A stretch of DNA of 64,000 nt from Candidatus Eiseniibacteriota bacterium (lineage in GTDB: Bacteria > Eisenbacteria > RBG-16-71-46 > CAZAMP01), in assembly GCA_965224245.1 (NCBI GenBank), contig OZ245046.1:608001-672000 (forward strand), read 5' to 3'. The position numbers were made by a program, and so were the translations under genes. The notes beneath the pieces were generated by a model. It saw nothing but the letters and a program-made list of their open reading frames with translations, had not been told where the DNA came from and made no database searches. Of the stretch, positions 39,526-48,500 are shown in pieces. Numbering within the stretch: position 1 is the first letter of the stretch; each line of letters starts with the position of its first letter.

Positions 39526-40170
39526 TTGGTCGGTCGAAACATCTCGCTGCTTGCGATCGCCGTCGCCCTCGTGCCCACCCACCGGGTGGAGGCAGAGGAC
39601 GGTGTGTTTCTCCTGCATGTGGCGCCCGCGTCGTTCAGCGCATGCGAGTCCTTCGAGGACGCGACGGCATCGTGCCGGGACATCGTGACGTCCACGGATG
39701 GCTCTTCCGATTCGTTCGTGTGGCTCCTCGCGTCCGACCCCGGCGGTGAGATCGGGGGTGCACAGTTCGGGATCACGTACGAATCGAGCGTGAGCGTGGC
39801 AACGTGGACGCTCTGCACCGGTGGTTCCCAGATCCCGGACGACGGGTGGCCGGGCCCCGGCGCCGGCAACGCCGTCACGTGGGCGGACGGCTGCACACGG
39901 ACCGGCGGGGCCGACATGGCCAAGATCGGCTTCTTCTATGTCCCCGGCGGCTCGGCCGGGACGATGCAGGTCATCGCAGATCCCCGGGTCGACCAGGCGC
40001 TGTTCGCCGATTGCGATGAGGTGGACGTCGTGAGTTACGAGGTGTGCAACGTCCACGGCAAGGTGGCGATCGGCGGCGGCAGCGGCTACGTTCCGCAGAA
40101 CTGCCTGTGCGCCGGGCCGCTCATCGAGGAGCGCACCTGGGCCACGATCAAGAGCACGTATCGCGATTGA
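39526..40170 (+). CDS. Secreted Cys-rich hypothetical protein ending ERTWATIKSTYRD; paralog of 9540..10172
   Basis: TTG start (uncertain), hydrophobic signal; GGAQFGITY, WTLCTGGSQIPDDGWPGPGAGNAVTWADGC, DPRV..A.FADC. Confidence 0.78.
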   Translation: MVGRNISLLAIAVALVPTHRVEAEDGVFLLHVAPASFSACESFEDATASCRDIVTSTDGSSDSFVWLLASDPGGEIGGAQFGITYESSVSVATWTLCTGGSQIPDDGWPGPGAGNAVTWADGCTRTGGADMAKIGFFYVPGGSAGTMQVIADPRVDQALFADCDEVDVVSYEVCNVHGKVAIGGGSGYVPQNCLCAGPLIEERTWATIKSTYRD

Positions 40171-40338
40171 CGCCCGGTCGCCGCGTCGGTCTCTCACCGC
40201 CGGCCGGCGTAGGGTCACGTTTCCTCCTCCCGCCTCGCGTCGAAACTTGCTACCTTACCCCGACTTTGAAACCGCCCGACGTTCGTTGGCTGCATTCCAA
40301 CGCGCGCTCGCGCCCTCGAGCCACGAGTTTCAATCGAC

Positions 40339-42444
40339 GTGACGCCCCCACCCGAAAGCGCTTCGGGACCGACGAGGCCCTGGTCACGCCGCCCGCGCGC
40401 CCGGCTCCGCCAGCTCTTGTTCACGCTCAAATCGAGCCAGCAGTCGTTCATGATCGTGGCCGCCGTGCTCCTCGGGGTGGCCGGTGGGTTCGGGGCGATC
40501 GGCTTCCGGCACGCGATCGACTACGTCCAGGGCCTCGTCTGGCCCGATCCCGACGGTGGTGGAGACGGCACGATCGCCCGCGTGACGGCCGCCGGACCGT
40601 GGCTCCGGGTGCTCGTCCCGACCGTGGGCGGGCTGATCGTGGGCTGGCTCGTGCACGCGTTCGCGCGCGAGGCCAAGGGGCATGGCGTGCCCGAGGTCAT
40701 GGAGGCGGTGGCCGTGCGCGGAGGCGTGATCCGTCCCCGCGTGGCGGCGGCCAAGCTGACCGCGTCGGCGGTCACCATCGGCACCGGCGGATCCGCCGGG
40801 CGCGAGGGCCCCATCATCCAGATCGGATCGGCGATCGGCTCCGCCCTCGGTCAGCTTCTCCGGGTGTCGTCGGCCCGGCTGAAGACGTTCGTGGCCTGCG
40901 GCGCCTCCGCCGGGATGGCGGCCACCTTCAACGCACCGATCGCGGCGGCCCTGTTCTCGGGCGAGATCATCCTAGGGAACTTCGGCGCGGCGCAGTTCGG
41001 CCCGATCATCATCTCGTCGGTCGTGGGGACGGCGGTCGCACGCTCGGCGTTCGGGAACGAGCAGACGTTCCAGATCCCGATCGAGTACCACTTCGCCAGC
41101 CCGTACGAGCTCCTTCCGTACGCGCTGCTGGGGGTGTTCGCGACCCTGGTCGGCCTCTTGTTCGTGTCGGTTCTGCACCGGTGCGAGGGCGAGTTCGCGC
41201 GGCTGCGGGTCCCCGAGTGGACCAAGCCGGGGCTGGGTGGCCTCGTGCTCGGGCTCGCCGCGCTCGTGTCGCCGAAGATGATGGGCGTCGGCTACGACCT
41301 GATGTTCTCCGCCCTGCGCGGTGAGATGGGTGGCGCGATCATGCTCGCGCTCCTGTTCACGAAGATGCTGGCCACGTCGGTCACGCTGGGATCGGGCGGA
41401 TCGGGTGGCGTCTTCGCCCCGTCGCTCCTGCTCGGAGCGCTGACCGGCGGCGCCGTGGGGAGCCTGGCCGGGTACGTGCTGCCGGACAACCTGGTCGCAG
41501 CGCCCGGCGCGTACGCGCTCGTGGGCATGGGCGCGGTCGTGGCCGCCACCACGCACGCCCCGATCACGGCCATCGTGATCCTGTTCGAGATGACCGGCGC
41601 CTACGAGATCATCCTGCCGCTGATGATCGCGTGCACGATCGCGACGCTCCTGGCCATGCGACTCCGCCGCGAGTCGATCTACACGATCAAGCTCTCGGAC
41701 CGCGGCCGCAAGATCCGCTTCGGACAGGAGGTCAACGTCCTGAAGGCGCTCGACGTGCGCGGTGTCATGAAGCCCGATCAGTACGAGGTGATCAAGGAGC
41801 ACACGCCGCTGGACGAGCTGATCGCGCTGATGGTGTCCAGCCCGCACGCCTACTTCTACGTGCTCGACGGCGACGAGCGGCTGACCGGGGTCCTCTCCGT
41901 GCACGACATCCGCAAGATCCTGGATGTGGGTGACGTCGGCCCGCTGCTGATCGCGGCCGACATCGCGCGCGAGCACGTCATCAAGGTGCGCGACACCGAC
42001 ACGCTCGACGTCGTCATGCGGCACTTCGGGCGCGAGAGCATCGACGAGCTGCCGGTGGTCGACGCCGCCGACGAGTGGCGGCTCATGGGGACCGTCCACC
42101 GACGCGACGTCATGAACGCGTACAACCGCGAGATGTTCCGGCGCGACATGGCCGGCGAGATCGCGGGCGATCTGCCGCACACGCGGGTCCCGGCGGTCGT
42201 CGAGATCGCCGGCGGGTTCGGGCTGCTCGAGGTGGAGGCGCCGTCCGAGTTCGTGGGTAGTACGCTGGGAGAGCTCCGCGTGCGCGTGCGGCACGGCGTC
42301 GACGTGCTCCTGATCCGCCGCCACGCCGACGGGGATCGCGAGGCGGATCCGGTGATGCCCGAGGCGAGGACCGTGGTCGAGCGGCTGGACCGACTGCTAC
42401 TGTTCGGAAAGGTCGAGAAGCTCCGGCCGTTCCGCGAGTTCTGA
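40339..42444 (+). CDS. CLC chloride channel/antiporter with CBS pair and TrkA-C (RCK_C) domain
   Basis: GHGVPE, GREGP, FNAPIA, GGVFAP, EMTG, ESIYT, followed by CBS domains and RCK_C (FVGSTLGEL.VR..HGVDVLLIRR). Confidence 0.93.
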   Translation: MTPPPESASGPTRPWSRRPRARLRQLLFTLKSSQQSFMIVAAVLLGVAGGFGAIGFRHAIDYVQGLVWPDPDGGGDGTIARVTAAGPWLRVLVPTVGGLIVGWLVHAFAREAKGHGVPEVMEAVAVRGGVIRPRVAAAKLTASAVTIGTGGSAGREGPIIQIGSAIGSALGQLLRVSSARLKTFVACGASAGMAATFNAPIAAALFSGEIILGNFGAAQFGPIIISSVVGTAVARSAFGNEQTFQIPIEYHFASPYELLPYALLGVFATLVGLLFVSVLHRCEGEFARLRVPEWTKPGLGGLVLGLAALVSPKMMGVGYDLMFSALRGEMGGAIMLALLFTKMLATSVTLGSGGSGGVFAPSLLLGALTGGAVGSLAGYVLPDNLVAAPGAYALVGMGAVVAATTHAPITAIVILFEMTGAYEIILPLMIACTIATLLAMRLRRESIYTIKLSDRGRKIRFGQEVNVLKALDVRGVMKPDQYEVIKEHTPLDELIALMVSSPHAYFYVLDGDERLTGVLSVHDIRKILDVGDVGPLLIAADIAREHVIKVRDTDTLDVVMRHFGRESIDELPVVDAADEWRLMGTVHRRDVMNAYNREMFRRDMAGEIAGDLPHTRVPAVVEIAGGFGLLEVEAPSEFVGSTLGELRVRVRHGVDVLLIRRHADGDREADPVMPEARTVVERLDRLLLFGKVEKLRPFREF

Positions 42445-42491
42445 GCGGGGGGCGGCCGGTCGAGAGACGGTGGCCGGCGAGAGGACACGTC

Positions 42492-44360
42492 ATGGACCGT
42501 GAGTTCCACGATTCCCTGAACGAGCGCGTGCTCTTGTGCGACGGCGCGATGGGGACGATGCTCTACTCGAAGGGCTTCCGGATGACGCGGTGCTTCGACG
42601 AGCTGAACCTCACGCATCCCGACGTCGTCCGCGAGGTGCACGACGACTACGTGAGCGCAGGCGCCGACATCGTCGAGACGAACACGTACGGCGCGAACCG
42701 GCTGAAGCTGGCGCCGCACGGACTCTCCGACCAGGTCGCCGAGATCAACCGGCGTGGCGTCGAGATCGCGATCCAGGCCGCAGCCCGCGTCCGGCGTCGC
42801 CGGCGCGTGTTCGTGGCCGGATCGGTGGGGCCGCCGGGTCGGCCCCTGCATCAACGCATCTATCTCTCACCCGACGACATTCGCGAGGCGTTCGCCGAGC
42901 AGATCGCTGCGCTCGTCGACGCGGGCGTGGACCTGCTGATCATCGAGACCCAGTCGAACGTCGAGGAGGCGCGACAGGCGGTCAAGGCCGCGCGCGCGGT
43001 CTCGAAGCGCATTCCCGTGATCGCGCTGGTGACGTTCGGCGAGGATGGCGAGACGCTGCGCGGCGACACGCCCGAGCAGGCCGTTGCGGCGCTGGAGCCG
43101 CTGGGCGTGGACGCGCTCGGCGCGAACTGCTCGATCGGTCCCGCGGACCTCCTGCCGGTGCTCGAGCGCATGAACGCGGTCACCGACCTTCCGCTGGTGG
43201 GCATGCCGAACGCGGGCACGCCGCGCATGGTCGAGGGTCGCTACTTCTACATCACCTCACCCGAGTACATGGCCACGTATGCCGCGCGGTTCGTCAGTGC
43301 CGGGTCCCGCATCGTCGGTGGGTGCTGTGGGACGACGCCCGATCACGTTCGCGCCGTCCACGATGCCATCGCCGCGCTCCGGCCGTCGACGTCCACCGGG
43401 CGCGTCGAGGTTGCGCAGTACACGCCAGCGCCGCGCTCGGACGTGGAGACGATTCCCACCAGGGACAAGTCCGAGCTCGCACGCCGGCTCGTGGAGGGTG
43501 AGTTCACGGTGAGCGTCGAGATGCGGCCGCCCCGGGGGCTCGACATCACGAAGATCCTCGACGGCGCACGGCTTCTGAAGGAGCACGGCGTCCACGCGGT
43601 CAACCTCCCCGACGGTGCGCTGGCCACCGCCCGTGTGTCTCCCCTGATGCTCGCGCACCGCATCGCAGACGACGTCGGCCTGGAGGCCATCGTCCACTGG
43701 TGCTGCCGGGACCGAAACCTCCTCGGCATGCAGGCCGATTTGCTGGGTGCACAGATGCTTGGACAGAACAACCTCCTGGCCATCACGGGAGATCCACCTA
43801 AGCTTGGCGACTACCCGAGCGCGACCGCCGTTTTCGACGTGGACTCGATCGGGCTGGTACGCATGATGAACCGCCTCAACCACGGGGAGGATCTGATCGG
43901 CAAGCCGATCGGTCCGCCGACGGCGATCCACATCGGCGTCGGCGTGGATCCGGGAGCGCCCGATCAGGACGAGGAGCGGCGGCGGTTCCGCCTCAAGGTG
44001 GAGTCGGGCGCCGAGTACGTGATGACGCAGCCGGTGTTCGATCTGGATCAGCTCGCGCGGTTTCTTTCGAGCGTGGCCGATGTCGCGCCCCCCGTTCTCG
44101 TGGGCATTTTGCCCCTGACGAGCTTCCGCAACGCGGAGTTCTATCAGAACGAGGTTCCCGGGATGCACATTCCCGCCCCCGTCCTCCAGCGAATGCGGGA
44201 TGCGGGAGAGGGCGACGCCGCGCGGGAGGAGGGCATCCGGATCGCGCAGGAATCGCTCCTGGCCGCGGTCGAGCTCCCGGGAGTGACGGGCACGTACCTG
44301 ATGCCTCCCTTCGGCCGCTACCGCACCGCGCTCCGAGTGCTAGATGCACTCTCGTCATGA
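42492..44360 (+). CDS. yitJ: Bifunctional homocysteine S-methyltransferase / methylenetetrahydrofolate reductase
   Basis: LCDGAMGT, ETNTYG, GANC, PNAG, GGCCGTTP; C-terminal half CRDRN, ITGDPP, GAEYVMTQPVFD, NEVPG. Confidence 0.93.
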   Translation: MDREFHDSLNERVLLCDGAMGTMLYSKGFRMTRCFDELNLTHPDVVREVHDDYVSAGADIVETNTYGANRLKLAPHGLSDQVAEINRRGVEIAIQAAARVRRRRRVFVAGSVGPPGRPLHQRIYLSPDDIREAFAEQIAALVDAGVDLLIIETQSNVEEARQAVKAARAVSKRIPVIALVTFGEDGETLRGDTPEQAVAALEPLGVDALGANCSIGPADLLPVLERMNAVTDLPLVGMPNAGTPRMVEGRYFYITSPEYMATYAARFVSAGSRIVGGCCGTTPDHVRAVHDAIAALRPSTSTGRVEVAQYTPAPRSDVETIPTRDKSELARRLVEGEFTVSVEMRPPRGLDITKILDGARLLKEHGVHAVNLPDGALATARVSPLMLAHRIADDVGLEAIVHWCCRDRNLLGMQADLLGAQMLGQNNLLAITGDPPKLGDYPSATAVFDVDSIGLVRMMNRLNHGEDLIGKPIGPPTAIHIGVGVDPGAPDQDEERRRFRLKVESGAEYVMTQPVFDLDQLARFLSSVADVAPPVLVGILPLTSFRNAEFYQNEVPGMHIPAPVLQRMRDAGEGDAAREEGIRIAQESLLAAVELPGVTGTYLMPPFGRYRTALRVLDALSS

Positions 44361-44527
44361 GAGTGTTTGCGCGCGCTCGCGGCGCGGAGTGCGCGCGCGG
44401 CGCTCACCGTGCGCGATTGGTCTCGCCGACGCCTGATCGCGGGCCTGTGCGTATCGGGCGTTGCCTTGCCGGCGTCGCTGCGGCATCGCGCCGCCGGCGT
44501 ATCGATGGGCGAGAAGGAGCCGCGCGA

Positions 44528-45211
44528 ATGATGTGGGCAGTCGTGGTGCGTGCGCTCGGCATCGCGGGTGCGGCGTTCGCGGCGGCCTCCGCCGAGCCGG
44601 AGGCGTTCAACACGACGCTCCGGGCGCACCTGCCGCTGTCGCCGTGTGCCGACGTCTCGGCGACCGAAACGCTGGCCTTCGTCGCCCGGGCCGAGCGCGG
44701 GTGCACGATCATCGACATCCGCCTGACCGCGAGTCGCATGGTCCCATCGGATCCCGAGGGGGTCTTTCAGCTCGACACCGGATCGGGCACGCACGAGATC
44801 GAGGTCAGCGTGCCGGGATACGAGACACGCGTCGATGTCCTCGCGCTGGCCGATCTGGGCACGGTTCACCGGCACTACCTGATGGTGCCGATCGCGCTGA
44901 GCGCCGAGGAGGAGTCCGACGTGGCGGCGGTGCGTCTGGACGCGACGGGTCCAGACCCGTTCCGCCGCGCGACCACGTTCGTGGCCGAGATTCCTGCCGA
45001 GTGGGCCGGCGAGCCGCTCGTGCTCGCGGTGTTCGACATCCGGGCCCGGCTCTTGCGGACGCTACGATCGGGCCGTGCCGCGCCGGGCTCGCTCAGGGTG
45101 GTCTGGGACGGTCGTGACGCGGCCGGCACGGCGGTCGCTCCGGGTGTCTACGTCGCGCGCCTGTCGGTCGGGTCCGAGACGCGAGCACGCCGGATCGTCT
45201 CGACCCGGTGA
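44528..45211 (+). CDS. Secreted protein with carboxypeptidase-regulatory-like segment and FlgD-Ig C-terminus, possibly internally deleted
   Basis: GAAGGAG RBS, signal peptide, one LVIVD-like unit, D..G.F...G.H...VS.PGY, then PDPF...FDIRARLLRTL...WDGRD..G..VAPGVY. Confidence 0.65.
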   Translation: MMWAVVVRALGIAGAAFAAASAEPEAFNTTLRAHLPLSPCADVSATETLAFVARAERGCTIIDIRLTASRMVPSDPEGVFQLDTGSGTHEIEVSVPGYETRVDVLALADLGTVHRHYLMVPIALSAEEESDVAAVRLDATGPDPFRRATTFVAEIPAEWAGEPLVLAVFDIRARLLRTLRSGRAAPGSLRVVWDGRDAAGTAVAPGVYVARLSVGSETRARRIVSTR

Positions 45212-45480
45212 CGCCGGTCGGGCGGTGGGCGAGGGGGAACGCCTCGTCACGCCGGGACCGGCGGACTTCAGCCGCTCCACGGCCGATCGCTCCCACGGCC
45301 GGCAACCCGCCGGGATCAGCGAGACCGTTCGCGGCTCGCTCGGGGCGGGGAACTCACGGCAGGGCACGCGGGTGCCGATATCCGATGACGGGGGAGGCCC
45401 CGTCGGGGCCGAGACGCGAGGCCGGCGCCGCCGGTCCCGACCGCGCCGGCGTGCCGCCCCGTCACGGCTTCCGGAGCCGT

Positions 45481-45509
45481 TTGACCGCCGGAGGCGCCCG
45501 GAGCATACT
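45481..45509 (+). promoter_or_regulatory. Sigma70-type promoter for the giant surface protein gene
   Basis: TTGACC-N17-CATACT; supports ATG 45577 as the start. Confidence 0.55.
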
Positions 45510-45576
45510 GAGTTCGCGCTGGATTCGCGCGCGACCGATCGCGACCTGGACCCCGCCGAAACGAGCTTCACGACCC

Positions 45577-48500
45577 ATGAGACTCCTCGATCATTCGCGC
45601 GGCCCCCGATCGCTTCCGCTACTGGCCGCGCTGTGCGGAGTGGCCGTGCTCGCGGGCTCCGTACGGGCCCAGCTGGTCGATCAGAAGCTCCTCATCTGCG
45701 ACACCACCGCGCAGCACGCCGAGGAGTATCCCGGCGTCGGCTCGCTGCTGCTGCAGGCGATCACGGGCGACTCGTCCACTGTCTTCTACAACGCGCCGCC
45801 TCTGAAGCTGCCATTCGCGGCGACGGTCGACGTGGGCGGTGCGATCGTCATGACCGATCGCGGGGCGGTTGCGCCCGGGGATCCAGGCGGCAACGGCGCG
45901 GTGATCCGCTTCCATCCGTTCTCGACCGACGTGGACTTCGTGGTCGGCTCTCCGCTCTTCGACGAGATCTGCGACGTGGCCGTCAATGCCGACGGCCGCA
46001 TTCTGGTGGCAGACAAGCGGGCGAATCCCCTCGGTCTGCCCCAGGGAGACACCGGTGCGATCTACGCCATCGATCCCGCGACGCATGAGGTCTCGGTGTT
46101 CTCGAGCCTGTCGGACTTCGTCGATCCCGTCGGGGTGCTGGTGGATTCCACCGGTGCCGTGTACGTCATCGACGAGAACTCGAACCCCTTCGGGTTCGAG
46201 GACGGGTCGGGAGCGATCTGGGAGATCGACCGGAACACCGGCGCCTTCGTCCGGCTGGTCACGACGTCGCCCGAGTTCAGCACGCCCGGCGACGCGGTGC
46301 GTGTCGGCAACTTCCTCTATCTCCTGGACACCACCGCGCTGGTCACCAACGGCACCGTGTCGCGGAACTCGGGTGACGTGTTCAGGATCGACCTCGTCAG
46401 CGGGGAGCCGATCCGGTACTTCCCGTTCACGCCGTTCTTCGTCCGGATTTCGGACATCGAGTACCTGGCCGGAAAGTTCTGGCTGATCGACCGCGACATC
46501 ACGTTTCCCGAGGGCGGCAGCGGGGGCCTGTACTCGGTCGATCCGCGGGGCACGCGGCGTCCATCGCGGTTCACCGGATCGCCCCTCTGGTCGGACCCGC
46601 GCTCGATCGTGTTTCTGCCCACGTCGCGCATCGACGTCGTGCGGCACGAGTTCGTCGATCTGAACGGACCGCCGCTCAGCCCCTTCGACGAGCTCGCGTT
46701 CGAGGTTGAGCTGGGGAACTCGGTGACGGTGGGATCGGGCTTCGCGCTGACCGATTCGCTCGAGGCGTTTCTGACCGTGGATCCCCTCTCGATCGTCGTC
46801 GACAGCGGCGAAGCCAGCCTGACCACGGTTCCGCGTCCGGCGATCACCTGGACCGGCTCGATCGGGGTGGGCGAGAGCGCGATGATGACATTCCGGGCCA
46901 CGCTCGGTGAGGTCGAGCGCCTGCGACAGCCGCTCGAGGTGGTTGCCGAGCTGCGCGACGACGGCGCCGGTCAGCTCGTCTCGACGATTCGCGACACGGT
47001 TTACCGCGAGCTGGCCGACGACGAGGTGATCATCGCCGACGCGGTCAGCTTCGTGACCAACGGCCGCCTGCTGGTCGTCCGGGGAGACGGCGAGTCTTAC
47101 GAGTCGATCGTCGAGCCACCGGAGGAGCTTCTGGATCCGACGCGCCTCCTTTCCCCGACCGACGTCGTCGTGGACACGGCCGGCGTCGTGTTCGTGGTCG
47201 ATCCGCAGATTCAGGTGCCCCCCGACTCGGTGGGCTACGGGGCAGTGCTGCGGTACCGGCCGACGACCGGCGAGCTCGACCTGTTCTCGGTGCGGCCCTC
47301 CTACCGCGACCCGGTCGCCCTGGCCATCGATCCGGGCGGTCGGCTGCTGGTGCTCGACAACGGGATCGTCGTGCCCGGGGGCGGTCGTGGGGTTCTCTTC
47401 TCGCTCGACCTCGAGACCGGTGCGGTGATGGATTCGGTGTCCGACTCGCGCTGGGTGCAGCCCGAAAAGGTCGCGTTCAACAGCCGCGGCGAGATCCTCG
47501 TCCTGGATCGGCGATCGGAGATCGGGGGCTACGAGGGTGCTCAGGGCGCCGTGTTCCGGATCACCGCCGAGGGCGACGTCTTCGTGGACACCGTGAGCCC
47601 CGAGTTCCGACAGCTTCGTGCCATCGTGCCGGTGGGAGTCGCCGACTATCTTCTCGTCGACAGCCAGCGCGACGCGGTCTTCATCTCGACGGCGGAGGGG
47701 GTCTCGGTGTTCGCCCAGTCCGCGCAGTTCCAGTCGCCGTGGGCCGCGACGATCACGCGATTCGGGGACCTCCTGGTGGCCGACAACGCGAACTCCACGA
47801 TCTTCCGGGTGTCGCTGGCCACCGGCGACGTCGAGCCGTTCATCCAGATTCCGATTCTGGAGCTTCCGATCGCGCTGGCCACGCGGCCGGCGCCCCGCTT
47901 CGAGGGGAGCTCGTTCATCGCTTTCGACCTGAACGGCGGGAACGTCCTGCCGGGCGACGTGATTCGCTGGAATCTCCAGATCCGGAACACCGGCACCCTG
48001 AACGCGGACGCCGTCCTGGCGGTCAACGAGCTTCCGGCGCACGCCGAGATGGAGGTGGGAAGTCTCGGAGCCTCGGCGGGCTCCGCGAGCTACGATGCGC
48101 TCACGCGCGAGGTGCACTGGGAGGGGTCGCTCGAGATCGGCGCCGTCGCCAACATCTTCTACCGAACGGCGCTCAGCACCGCGATCGGCATGGGCACCCG
48201 GGTGACCAACACGGCCATCGTCACGCCGGAGAGCGGCGAGCCGCTCGTCTTCACCCGGACGCTGGTCGCGCGCGGGCCGTTCCTCGCGGGCGACCTGCTG
48301 GCCGTCGACCCCGACACCGGCGGCGGCACGCTCTACCGTCGCGACGTCGTGACCGACCTGGCCGACCTGATGGTGGAGGGGGAGCCGTTCGTGACGCCGG
48401 TCGCGGTCACGGTGGACGCCGCCCAGCGCGCCGTGATCCTGGACCAGAACGCCGACCCCTCGGGAGCCGGAGATGCCCGGGGGGCCGTCTTCCGCTACGA

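Noticed and set aside
45208-45576. N-terminal 123-aa extension of the giant ORF, and similar extensions at 8730, 29008, 35881, 55824 and 63938
   Set aside because: Low-complexity sequence preceding signal peptides or promoter/RBS signals; downstream starts are better supported.
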